NCBI RefSeq assembly: GCF_964355755.1
Contig: NC_092677.1
Location: 11,988,101 to 12,052,100 of the forward strand
Reading direction: 5' to 3'
DNA length: 64,000 bases
Source of the DNA: Antedon mediterranea
Taxonomy: Eukaryota > Animalia > Echinodermata
Of the stretch, positions 51,701 through 64,000 are shown in pieces. A program made the position numbers and the translations under genes. Each line of letters begins with the position of its first letter. Position 1 is the first letter of the stretch. Under the pieces are notes generated by a model. It had not been told where the DNA came from and ran no database searches. It was given only the letters and a program-made list of their open reading frames with translations.

Positions 51701-54700
51701 TATGTAACTTGGAGAGATTGGTTATTTGTCCGATGTGCGTCATACCTTATTAATGCCATGACACACCACTGACTCAAAAAAGTGACTTAAATGCAGGTGA
51801 CAATGATATGATGGAGAAGTGACAGACATTGACACGCCATTGTTTATTGATGTGATGTACCATCTAGATTCTTGGTACACACATATTCAATAATTATTTG
51901 TAAATGGCGCATCCACCTCTCCCAAGGGTCGTATAGTGGGTCATAAAATTGACTACATTACTATGGCCCTGTTTCTGCTGCCAATCCCAAATATACCGTA
52001 TAAATATACCGTATAAATATACCGTATATGAAATTTGTGCATCGTTTCCGCTGCACATACTTCGTGAGTGGGCTGTAAAAAAGTTGGCTTTCATTACCCA
52101 AAATGCATTTCGTGAGACGGAAGTATGGATTGACCTAGAGTCTCGTGTAGTGAGGTTACATGACAAAAACAAAACAATGATGGTTTCTCAAAACGTCGTG
52201 ACATTGTTTTCTATTTTAAATCTAATGAGCAGAAGTGGCAACGAATTTACACCGCACAAACAATCTAGAAATGTAGAATGGGCATTGACTAGATTTATGC
52301 AAAGAAGACGACGGCGTTTGCCGATAACTTTGGTTGGCGTTATTAAGTCTACCACAAATTCTGCTTTTATTTTGTTTGAGATACTTTTGTAAATCTCGGT
52401 ATCTCTTCTGTTAGTGTTACCATGCAGTCTTCCCCCAACCTTTGCTTCTACCCACAATTGAATTGCAAAAATAGTTATTTCTTTAGTCCACAGTGATATT
52501 TTGATCTGTTGCTTGCTTATACACGTGTGTGTCAATGCAGCAGAAAAACCAAACAAACGCGTCACGCTCTGTTAGTTTTTGACCTCGTGTCATGGGCCGG
52601 GTCACATATACGGTATATTTTGAGTGCAGCAGAAACGGGGTACGAAATATACGGTATATTTTGGAATATACCGTATAATATCCACAAACGATGGGGATAT
52701 TTATGCGGTATATATACCGCATATATATACGGTATATTTTTTATGAGACCCATTTCTGCTGCCAAAAAATATACCGTATATAAAATATACCGTATATATA
52801 CGGTATATTTTTGGCAGCAGAAACGGGGCCTATGAAAGGTGCTTCAAAAACATGATAGAAATAACTACCGTATATTTCGGTGTATAAGTCGCACTTTTGA
52901 CACGCAAATTTGACCTCTAAATTAAGGGTGCGTCTTATACACCGAACATAAATGCCACATCACACAGAGTGTACATATCGTCACCTCGTTGGCTAGGCTA
53001 GGCCTAGCTACAGTGTACTAACGTAACGGCAACCTGCTTCTGCCTAGTTTTCAAGGCATTTTAGCGTGATGTTATACTAAATATGATGAAAAGATTTGTT
53101 TATTATGGAGCTGTTTTAGGCGCTCCGATAAAATTTCATTTGTAAACGTTTACGATTGGAATAGTATTTATTTATAGTTATACGCACGATCGCCGACCCC
53201 CCAGCGCAAGCCCTTCTTGGCGGCCACATGTTGTACGGTATTCGACTAGTATATTCTCCAGGTGATTATAGCATGGACCTAGCGTACACACTTCTCGGAT
53301 ACATAGATACTAATCGAATACGATTGTCCGTGAAAACGTGCGCCCTCTCGAAATGATCGAGCGAGGCTAGCCCACACACGTGCGTGTTACACACACGGTC
53401 ATGCACTCAATGTTGCGGGTGCGAAACTCATGAATAACAAGTTAGAAACAACTTGTTGAGGCTGGGCGCGGCCGAGCCTAGGTAAGAAAAAACCTAAGTA
53501 AAGGACGCCGTTGTAGATATAACAAAATATATTATTACAATAAGATTGATTACAATTTAAAAAAAACATTGTTTTGATGAAATATAAGGTGCGTCTTATA
53601 CATCGACGATATAAAAAATACCGATGTTTTACTCTCAGTTAGGGGGTGCGTCTTATACACAGGTGCGACTTATACACCGAAATATACGGTATACGTATTG
53701 AAATCGTCCCAACTTATGATAAATTTCTGGTTTAACCCACCAGTACAGTACATAATTATTAATTAACTAATCAAACTTGTATACAATTCTTATATTATTT
53801 AAAGCACAATGTGTAACTGTAAGTAATTAAATGTTTGATCTTAAAGTACAGTATATATAGATATAATGAACATAGATCCATACACATTGTCAATGGAAAT
53901 TGTATTATGATGATGAGATGCCCCATGAGCTTTTACAGCAAATTACTACTGTATCATTCTTGCTTGTAGTGATACTATACTTCAATATATTGAACAAATA
54001 CATCGCCAAAATCAAACAAAGCGCACAGAAATGAAAGCTTATGACCAGAAGAGAAGAGACACTCAAGGCGTTAGCTTAAATTAGTTTTTGTCCAAGACCT
54101 GAAATTCACTTGCATGACTCGAGCTCTCAATGTTCAGTCAAAGTGTTAAATTATTGCTTTTTTATTTGTTATAATATTAACTTCAATTCTCATGGAATTA
54201 GATAGATTTTTTATGTTCAGTCAGTAGATTTGCCCTGTATATTCAGTCTGTATTTATTGTCTTTTTTAAAAAAATGTATTTGTTTTTATTTCGACCGTGA
54301 TTTTTGCCTGAAAATACAGACTTGTGAAACACATATAGAAATCGATTTGCAGACCACAAATGTTTGATTTGCGGAGAAGCTAGCCTATCATATCAAGACG
54401 AGTTTTCATGTTCTAGGGAAAAATCCCATCAAATGTTTACCAGACTACTAGGCATATAAAATTATTTCTAGCCTTCAAAAACTTTCATCAATGTACCCAA
54501 GTACATTGTCTAAACGTAACATAGCTCATGTGCATCATGTTGAGTCTTTGAAATTCGGAAATATGAATATTAAAACTGCGTATGAGCGAGTAGCCAATGG
54601 CATGCGGCTGAAACTAGTCAACTGGATAATCGTATGCACCAAGAATTCTTGGTGTCAAACCATGTGACTTTTACGTGTGTGCCCAGACGGAGTATCCAAA

Positions 54701-57700
54701 ATCAAGTAGTATATGTATGAAACGCGACATGTGGATATGTGGCAAAATATTTATCTTTTTACTAATATTAAGACAAAACTCCGTCTGGAACCCAGACTAT
54801 TTCAGTCAGGTACAAATACAATGTTTTAAATGCTCAGTCTAAAATTAATTTGAATGTTCCCTTTTCCTATGTATAGCAAGCCTCTTTATGCAAAATTATA
54901 TTGTATAACATTATACATTCTAACATAATTCGCTGCAAGGAGATTGTGGCACTGATAGAATTATTACATGTGGAGCATGACCTTTAAGATTGATTAAGAA
55001 ATAAAGTTGGTCTACAAAATCATGCATGTATAAATAGGTCAAGAATATAGGGCCAGTATCCACTACTGTATCAAAATTTTGCAGCATTATTTATTTATCA
55101 AATACAGTTTCTTACTCCATGATATACAGTATACTTATCGGTTTATTTATCAAAAATTCACATAAAAAAAAGTGCATACATCATTCAGCAAGTGACTGAT
55201 GAAGAATGTTTTTTTTTTGTTAACATGCAATCCAAAATTTTGTGAGAAAAAATATAACTTTTCCACTTAACGCACTACTGGACTTGGACAACAATGCATT
55301 TGTCTTCTATTTTAAACCTCAATTATGGGAAATTATCATTTATTGTTAAACTTCAATTATTCAATAGTGGAGGTTCCAAGTGTTGTGAATTGCTGTTTAA
55401 GTAGACTTACCCTTTGTTGTCATACAATTTATAATTTAAATCTTTTTTTTTCTGTAAGATCACTTATTTTTGTAAATAACAATTAGTTTGGTGTACTTTT
55501 TTGTCATTTTATTGTATTTAACCTACAGTACTGATAACTGTTAAATATAATTTTGAATTTAAATCTTCTCTGTGTACAGCTGTGGGTCACGTATTTCTTA
55601 TGTAACAAACTGTTTTCTTATGCACGGTATACTGTACTGTACTTTTTATTGTACTGTATACTGAAGTAATAGAAACTGTAGTTAAGATCAATCAAAAACT
55701 ATAGTTCAATTGGTCCAATCACAACATCTTTCTTGACTGCTTGTTAACCTTTACCCTCTGACCTGTAATACTATCCTTGATGATGGATGAGATTAGTTTC
55801 ATCTAAGGTCACATTGTGAAACTGTGTGAGTGGGCTTGTTTTAAGTACTGTACACCGTGACTGTTAAAGTGATGAAAAGATTCTTAGCTAACTAATAAAC
55901 TCTACCGAAGTTGTCTGATCAAATATACAGTTTCTACAGTTTTTCGGAAATAATGGCACAAAGTTTGTTACAAATATCGGAAAGTTTCCCCTGAAGCAAT
56001 AACTTTGCGATTATTTGCGTGGCTGAGTGCTTTCATTGTGTAGATAAAGATGATGGAATTTAGGGTGAGTTTGCTCTGTATTGCGGAGGCTCTAGTCTAT
56101 AATAAGTTAGTTTTCAGATCTGTATTTCTAATTTGTAGTTATAATGTTTATGTTGCTTATTAAAGGTAAAATAGGTTTGATGATATTACTGTCTGTACCC
56201 ATCTACTGTAAAGTGTTAGAGAGCCAAACTACTGCTGTTAGTTGTTGCATTGTAATTTTATGTTTTTAAGTCTATTGACTTTTTCGCTTGGAAACACATT
56301 GTTAAGACATTGTTAATAATATGTAAATATTGTATTTTTAAATGGCAGATTTAAAAAGACCTTTTTTCAGTTTTCGTTTTCAGTGCATTTTTTTCCCCTT
56401 TTTTTCTGATTATATCTTTGTACGACCTAGATCTGTTAGATCTGTATCTAGAAAATAATTTTTAAGGAAGAATGTTAAGAATAAAATGACTTCTTTTCTT
56501 TCAGTTTAAACCTGTAAAAGAAGGCAACTCTTTTCAAGAGAACAGTAAAATCCCTCCTCCTTGCGAGTATCAAGACTTGTCTGCACAAAAAGAGAACACC
56601 CATCCTTGCCCACCAATTGCCGTCCAACAAGAGAATTCACACCCTATCAGTGGTGGACCATCATTTGCCACCGGCCCACCCGTCTTGGCACGTCAGTTGT
56701 CCAGAGGTTCCAACCCGTTGCTGCGTTATGAGGTTATGGGACCGAAGCAGAAGGGAATGTCAGAAGCCGAAAGAAAATTGGAAGAGTTAACAAAACAGTT
56801 GGAAAAAGATATGGAAACGACAACGGTAGAAGAAGAATTTGGTAAGAGTTATATTATACAAAATAATCTTGTGATAAATAATTGAATTATTAATGCCCCA
56901 GTACCCAGAATCCTAACTGTTTTATCAACTGTAATATCGATCAAGTGAAAAATATCAATATAATTATGGTTTTTCACAGTTCATCTTCAGTCATGTAATA
57001 CTACAGTACTGTAGGGAAATCACTACTTATTTGAGTATATTTCATCAGTAAAGTAACGTTTAATTCTAACCATTCAGTACCCTGGTCTCGGAAATGTGAA
57101 CTTTCTTTTCTTCTTTTGGATCAAGCAGACTCGTATAATAAAGTCAAGTCTGCTATTTAAGGCTGTAACAAATGAGATAAAATCTCAAAAAATCTGACTC
57201 CCTGAAAAAACAGTAACCTCCTTAACTAAGTGGTTCTTTCCTACTCATAACATGCAAAACTACACTTTCAGCAAACACACATTTGGTCCTACCCAAAGGT
57301 TTTATTAAAGATTGTACAGCACTGTCAAAACCCTCTCTTCTCTGAAAGATTTTCTATAAGACATATTCTACAGTAACACAAAATAAGGTATAGTTATTTC
57401 AAATGATATGTACAGTATTGTTCCTTAGTTCCAAGTCTAACTGCTAAAATCAGAATTGATGTAATGCATTGGGCCAATGCACTTGTTGGTATCTTGGTCA
57501 CGCAAACAAAATACCATCTAAATGAAACATTGTGAATCATAGTACGGTTTGGGCGCATGTAATTCAACCTTGAAGATATTAGATATTTTCTAATACGAAT
57601 ATAAAGAGCCCTGTGTAACACCCAAAGATGAAAGAACAAATGTACAAAGACTGAACCTGTGATAAATAGAAGAGATTGTATAAAGACATTGTGTATATAA

Positions 57701-58833
57701 AGCATAGAAACGAAAGTACAAATTGTATTTTACATGGGGTTACAGTATTGTCAATAAGGAAGGGTATTATTAAAGCACTGAACAGCTGGGGTTCTGTTTG
57801 GTTTATGGGTTATACCAATATACCAATGTTATGCTTATAACAGAATAACAAGTTTAGAGGTATATATAGCATCAACAATCGGGCTGTTTTTATTTTTATG
57901 TACCTTGTCCACGTAAATAACCCCATGGGGCCTACTGGGAGGGTGCCTAGTATCTTTCTATGTAATATAATTGCACGATTAAACTTAAAATGCCTACAAA
58001 ACCTTATTCCTTTCTTTCTAGTTTTTAAACATTTAATGTTTTCTTCATTTACTAGGAGTTTGTGTCAAATGTGGCAAAAAGGTCAAGGGAGCTGGTCAAG
58101 CATGTCAAGCAATGGGCAGTCTTTACCACACCCGATGCTTCACATGCGTGTCATGTGGTAAGTAGTTGTCACATATTTTGACCATTTGCTCTCAACCGAA
58201 ATATAGTATGGTTTCCCAGAATCTTCATTCAACCGTCATCTCACTAAATACCAGTACTTTTAAATCTTCTTTAAATAAGAGTTTAGACAAATAGTAAAAA
58301 CTACACAAGTACACTGTACATGTCTTTTTCTTAAAACAAATTTTGCGACCCCTAAGTTTAAGGTCATAGTGAGCATGCTCCTAAGCTACATACAGTCACT
58401 GGTAGTCAATGATTTTATGGTGACCTTTGTCCCAAACATGTATAATAAGAAATAAAAATTATCCATGATATTGTGATTTTATTTGCCTCTAGTTATAAAA
58501 GAACATGACCTATATATATTCAAGACATTTGATACCACGACCCACTATACATTCTTGTTATTATAACCAATTGAAATGCTCTACAATCGTGGTATATCTT
58601 TAAGTCTACTTTATTAGCATGATGATGCATGAGATTACAAAAAAATGAATGTTCTTTACATAGATGATTATCTTGATTTCAGATGATGACCTTTAACTTG
58701 AAAATTTGATATGTTGATATGATAACATACTACATTTATGATTTTATTGTTTTAGTAAAGGTACAAAAATACATAAGGAGGAATGCAGCTGTTAAAATTG
58801 CTTGCAATTTGTGAAATTACTTGTCTGACTTAG

Positions 58834-58871
<38 letters not shown>

Positions 58872-61800
58872 TTGATCTAAATACTGTAAGCAATGATTCT
58901 GTAGGCATTTTTATATAATAATCAAATAATATTAAAAATGAAGAAAATGAAAAGCTAGAGATTATTTACAAAAAACATAGTCCTTGTTGAAGGCTATTTA
59001 TTAAATACATTGTATATATACTAAATTGTAATTGATTGTATTTTTTAATCTTAATGTGAACATTGTAATTCAATTTACCATATAAGGAAATGTTTAATAA
59101 AATCAGGATGTAAATAATATAATTAGAAGTGTAAAATAAACATTGTTCAAGTACTGTACACGCTATGGTATAATTATTTTAAATAATATTTTAAATAGGT
59201 CACAGAGAACTTGCATTTAATAGCGATTTAGCAGCCAACCAGTGGTATTGTTCATGTCCACCAAACTGTATGATTGGTCACTTTTTTGTTTTTCTATATT
59301 CAGGTCGAGCGTTAAGAGGTAAAGCTTTCTACAACGTTCATGGAAAAGTATATTGTGAAGAAGATTATCTAGTAAGTTGTAATTTAGATATTTATTACCG
59401 AAATTTTTTTGTTATTTAATTTCTGCCAAATAAAGATATAAAAGATAAGAAAAGATCAAACACCTACTGTATGCTAGTTGGCCATATTGGTTACTATACT
59501 AAAACACCAATTAACATACAGTTCATAATAATCAATGTATTATGGAATATTTATGTCACACATTTACACATATTACACATTTACATATACATTGACAAAT
59601 ACTTATGGCAAATAAGCAAATACCTTTGTCTGTAATTATGAAAAATTTAAGATATTTGCTTATTCATTACATAACAATATTTCATGGCAGAGGAAAATAA
59701 TAAATATTTCATGGAAAATATACTAATTATGATTTATTTGTAATTTGCATATTTAATATTTGCATATTCATTTTATATAATGAAAGAATAGAGGGAAAAA
59801 ACCCAAAAAATTGCATGAACTATATTACTGTTTTTGAATTGAAAAATAATGGTTGAATTCTGTATCTGTCATGAATACACACTTTATATTTATAACGTAA
59901 TAATTGCATGTGATATTCAAGCTCTGTTGCAACCTCATGAATATTCATATGTACAGTGTGTTGGGATATTCACATGGTAATAGCAATAATTAATTCTCAA
60001 CAACCTATTGGCTTGATTGCATATTTGATTGTTATTCTTGTCTTGATAGTATTATTAAATGTGTAGGCCGTGCTTAGGTGTTACAAGATTGGGGACCCAG
60101 TGGCTGGGTCAGTGTGAGGTGATTTTAAAAAATGTTATGATTCTTTGGAATTCATTGTACATAGGTGACCCCATAACCATGGTTATACCTCCATGCCCCA
60201 TCCAAACACATTCATGCCCCTTTGCGTTCACTGCACTGCATATATATACAGACAGAATATCCTCAACAAGGATGTCCCTGAATAGAGATTGGTTGTATTG
60301 TTTAAACATTTCTCCACATTCATTTCACAAGAAAAGTGTCCCCTTAATGGGGTGCCAAAGGAGGCGTTTTGCTGTAGTACCTAATTATAAACGACTTGAT
60401 CAGTAACAACAGAACCAGGTCACCTGGGTCACCTTTATTATTGTAAAATTGGATAACATTAATTGTTTCTTGATGAAGATATGCTCAGCTATTATTTATG
60501 TATATAAAAAAATAAACAATATATTAATTGATTGATTGATTGATTGTTTCCTTTTTGTTAGGATGATACATCTGTGCAGAATATTATTATAATATCCTCA
60601 TGTGTTATTCAGTATGATTCACTCTCTATTGATTTTGTCTGTGTGGTAATTTTAATAATGCAGTTTTTACATCTTGAGTTGAATGTTATTAAGACTTCTC
60701 TAGGTAAAGTTCATCTAAGACTGAATATAAAAAACGTAGGCTTGAATATAAAGGTGCACCTGAATGGAACAACCTTGGTGTTGTTGACATTCACTTGTCT
60801 AGGACGACGTTCAGCAAACTATGGGCCATGGTTCAAATTTGGGCTGCGAAAATTTTTGAAGGGCTGGTGGAACCGGATTTCAGGCCGTGAAATAGTTTAC
60901 AGAATGCTGCTCTAGAACCCTACTGTACAATCGTCTAAACATTAAACTTCATTAAAACTGTTAAACATAAATATATATATAAATATATATTTATGTACTG
61001 TAAATTATTGTTGTTTTTTTGTATATGCACAACCCCAGGGATGAACAACCATGTGTTGATCTAGGCTGGGCCTCAAGATCCACCAATCTAAATCGCATGC
61101 ATACAGATATATATCCACCAAAATACACCCCCCCCCCCCCCCAAAAAAAAGAAAAACAAAAAACCAACCAACAAGTGTCTTAACACCATCTTGTTCGCAG
61201 AGGTTCATTCGTTTTTTTATATTTTTTTTTATTTTGCAGTATTCTGGATTTCAACAAACTGCAGAAAAATGCGGAATCTGTGGACATCTCATTATGGAAA
61301 CGGTTAGCTTTATTAAAAATCAATTTCTCTTTATTATTTATATTGATCTTCCTTCATTTAAAAATTCTTTAGAATTATTTTAATGAAAGTAGAATCAAAA
61401 CATTTTTTATATTTGAGGCATTTTTAAACAGTTTCTTAAATGCTGTATTCAGAGTTTTTATTTTAAATCTATTTATTTCAACCATGTTTAAAGAGTTCAG
61501 CCCAGTGGGTTAAATATTATAAGAATACAAGGACAAACACATCTTCAGAACCTAAGTACAGTACATAGAATATAGACTTACTATACATTGAATTTTTTTG
61601 TCTGTATTTCTCAATTGTTTTGTTATTAAATTTGCTGTTATTGCTTTTACAATAATATAATTATATCAAATAATCATAATTTCTGCTGTAAGTATGGCAT
61701 TACTTAAAACCTAGACTACATTACGCATCATTATTTCTGTATGTGTCTACAGTGAATGCCAAGATGATGTGAACGCTCCTAATGAATTATTACAAATGTC

Positions 61801-62518
61801 ATAAGTACACTCTGCGGACCAATATGTTAATCAAAGTGGATTTCTTGAAGCTAATATGAATATGAGATGGCAATTATCAGACAAAGAACATTTATTATTT
61901 TATGATATTAATAATTCACATTATCGAATGTCTAAAGCGAATGTTTATTTATCATAATTTTGATTATTATTATTATAGAAATTTTTATAATCATTTATTA
62001 TTTTCATTATCACTATTCTCTTAAAATATACTTCCAAACTGTTGATATAAAATATATTAGTGATTGAATATGAGAGCTTTTGATATGCAATTACTTAGAA
62101 ATTTGTTAATTTATTGTGTGCATTTGAGGATATTGGGGGCGTGCTTCCTCACTTGGTTGCGTTACAGTTTTGACCGATTTTTTGTCCAACCAACGACACA
62201 ATATGCATAGGTTTTACTTTGTTTAAAATCAAAAGCTCTTAATAGCATGCAGAGGTCATAGGTCGCAAATAAAAATCTTCCATAGTGATAAAAGAAACAT
62301 AAGGGTCATATGTCCTCACTAGGCAAACCTTCAAACAATATAATATTCTTTAATTTGCAAATTTCTAGTGTAATGTTCTCTATGTAGATTCTGCAAGCAA
62401 TGGGCAAGTCATATCATCCAGGCTGTTTCCGCTGTGTTGTATGCAACCAGTGTCTTGATGGTGTACCATTTACGATAGACTCGGACCACAAGATATATTG
62501 TGTCAAAGATTATCACAA
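48749..62518 (+). CDS. WTIP: Ajuba/LIMD1/WTIP-family LIM-domain protein; partial, third LIM domain beyond the window
   Basis: Exons 48749-50251, 56505-56841, 58056-58157, 59304-59371, 61240-61302, 62388-62518. Pro/Ser/His-rich preLIM with SPRSS motifs and [18 protein letters not shown]; LIM1 [54 protein letters not shown]; [11 protein letters not shown]; LIM2 [28 protein letters not shown]. The symbol denotes the family co-orthologue. Confidence 0.93.
51965..52830 (-). mobile_element. PIF/Harbinger deletion derivative retaining a Myb/SANT (trihelix-like) ORF fragment
   Basis: TIRs GGCCCTGTTTCTGCTGCCAA / TTGGCAGCAGAAACGGGGCC; 3-bp duplication TAT; subterminal ATATACCGTAT repeats; minus-strand [41 protein letters not shown]...[12 protein letters not shown]. 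Confidence 0.8.
52868..53689. mobile_element. Tc1/mariner superfamily (Tc2-like) non-autonomous element
   Basis: Perfect 27-bp TIR CCGTATATTTCGGTGTATAAGTCGCAC, TA duplication on both sides, internal GGTGCGTCTTATAC repeats. Confidence 0.9.
58836..58868. repeat. (AT)n microsatellite
   Basis: About 16 uninterrupted AT units in a LIM-gene intron. Confidence 0.95.
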
Positions 62519-64000
62519 GTGAGTATATTAATTGTTAGTTATAGTACTCTACTAATACTTCCACAACAATAAACTATTCAAATTATACAACATCACTTGT
62601 ATAGTCTCCTCCAATTAAAGACCACTTAAATTAAAAGGAAAAGGTGATGAAAGGTTGCTATTAATACGGTTTTTTGCACAGGCAACGGATCGAATTGGGC
62701 ATTTCATTGTGTGTTGATTTAACCATAATTATCATTATCAAAATTTTCACATTATTTTTTAGTTATTTTAATTGCTGTAAAAGCAACATTAAAAAGAGCC
62801 AATTTGATTATGGACGTATAGTTCCATAGAACTTTTGTGTATTCTGTTTTTGAGATCTGGTAACATACATCGGCTGTTTGTTGAAAGTATCAAGTTTTAT
62901 AAAGTGAAATTCAAGAGGTAGAAACTTATTTTTAGTACCCAAAGGAAACCATTTTATCCCTACAACATTGGTCTATATTATCGGCTTGGGATGCAAACAG
63001 GTGCATGTCAAAGGTCATTGTTATGCTCAGCATTACTACATTATGTATTTATATATGGATTGTACAGGAAGCAATGAGCCTCAAAGTATCAGACAGTTAT
63101 CTCATTGTTTTTGAGCATCCTCCCTGCCCTGGAATTGTTCAATTGTCTGGTAGGCTGTTGATTAAAAAATTATATTACCCATTATATTAATAGTTCATTT
63201 GTTTAATTATTTTTGAAAAAGTGGAAAAGTTTAGTAACCTGTTGAACTGATATTTTTCATGTTTTTCTATTGTTTGTCCAGTACAGTCATTAATAATGCA
63301 TTTCTAACTTTGGTATCTAATCCTAAAATGAAAAATGTTCACTACTGTAATAGAAAGTTATTTAGATGAATAAAATAATTTCTTCTGATTAATGAATTAA
63401 TAAATAACTAGTCATTTTTGCCATAAGTATAAAGGCTGTGTAACTTCATACAATTATTGCTTTTCTAAATAGATTGTATGTGTGTGTGTTTAAGCATGTT
63501 AGTAGTGTATTTCACATGGTAATCATATGTCCAATATTTCATAAACTAAATCCCAATACGATATCGCTTCACAGAGGCTTGTTTCATCATGATTATCATT
63601 TTATATTTGTAGGCTACGATTTAAGGCTAGGTGTATTGCTCTGAAATAATGATTATTTTTTAATATAAAATCAGTAGTATGTTTGGGGCTGAACTTGATT
63701 AGTTTTACTATTTCTTAGCCCTTTCCATGATGTATGTTATATTTTGTTTATATTTATCATGTTTATGATTTATTTTGGGTAAATAAAAAAAAAGAAAGAC
63801 CACATACAACAGCTAAATATCCAACATCAAATTATACTATACAGTTCACATTGCATATTCATAACTAATATCTATGAAATATTAATTTATTTGAAATATG
63901 ATTTGATTTTTTTTATTTATGCTACTTAGCAGAAGGTATTTTTTAATCTTATGTTATTTTTGCATGGTATATAATTGATTGACATCTTAAAAAAAAATGT

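Overview
AT-rich, intron-containing animal genomic DNA, most consistent with an invertebrate deuterostome (echinoderm-like; inferred from Deu-domain SINEs and the expanded short GPCRs, not proven). No prokaryotic features and no CRISPR array. Gene order: 5' exons of a probable USF-like bHLH-Zip gene (-, runs off the left edge); NDUFS2 (+, 13 exons); ZNHIT2 (-, 11 exons, including a U12-type intron); a single-exon 13-finger C2H2 zinc-finger ORF (-); CDK10 (+, 12 exons). The 7-kb intron 8 of CDK10 holds an intact same-strand GPCR gene, an inverted partial copy of that GPCR, a duplicated splice acceptor, a 37-bp tandem array and several retroelements. Next come five tandem intronless class A GPCRs (-, one frameshifted), a 6.2-kb TIR element carrying a 19-bp minisatellite inserted upstream of the last GPCR, and an Ajuba/LIMD1/WTIP-family LIM gene (+, runs off the right edge). 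Most interesting: the sense/antisense GPCR pair inside the CDK10 pre-mRNA, the minor intron in the U5-assembly factor ZNHIT2, the chemoreceptor-like GPCR cluster with a conserved TGATTGACAG element, and CTAG/TAGGCCTA islands next to housekeeping promoters. All exon models were assembled by eye from splice signals and reading-frame continuity; repeat boundaries are approximate.
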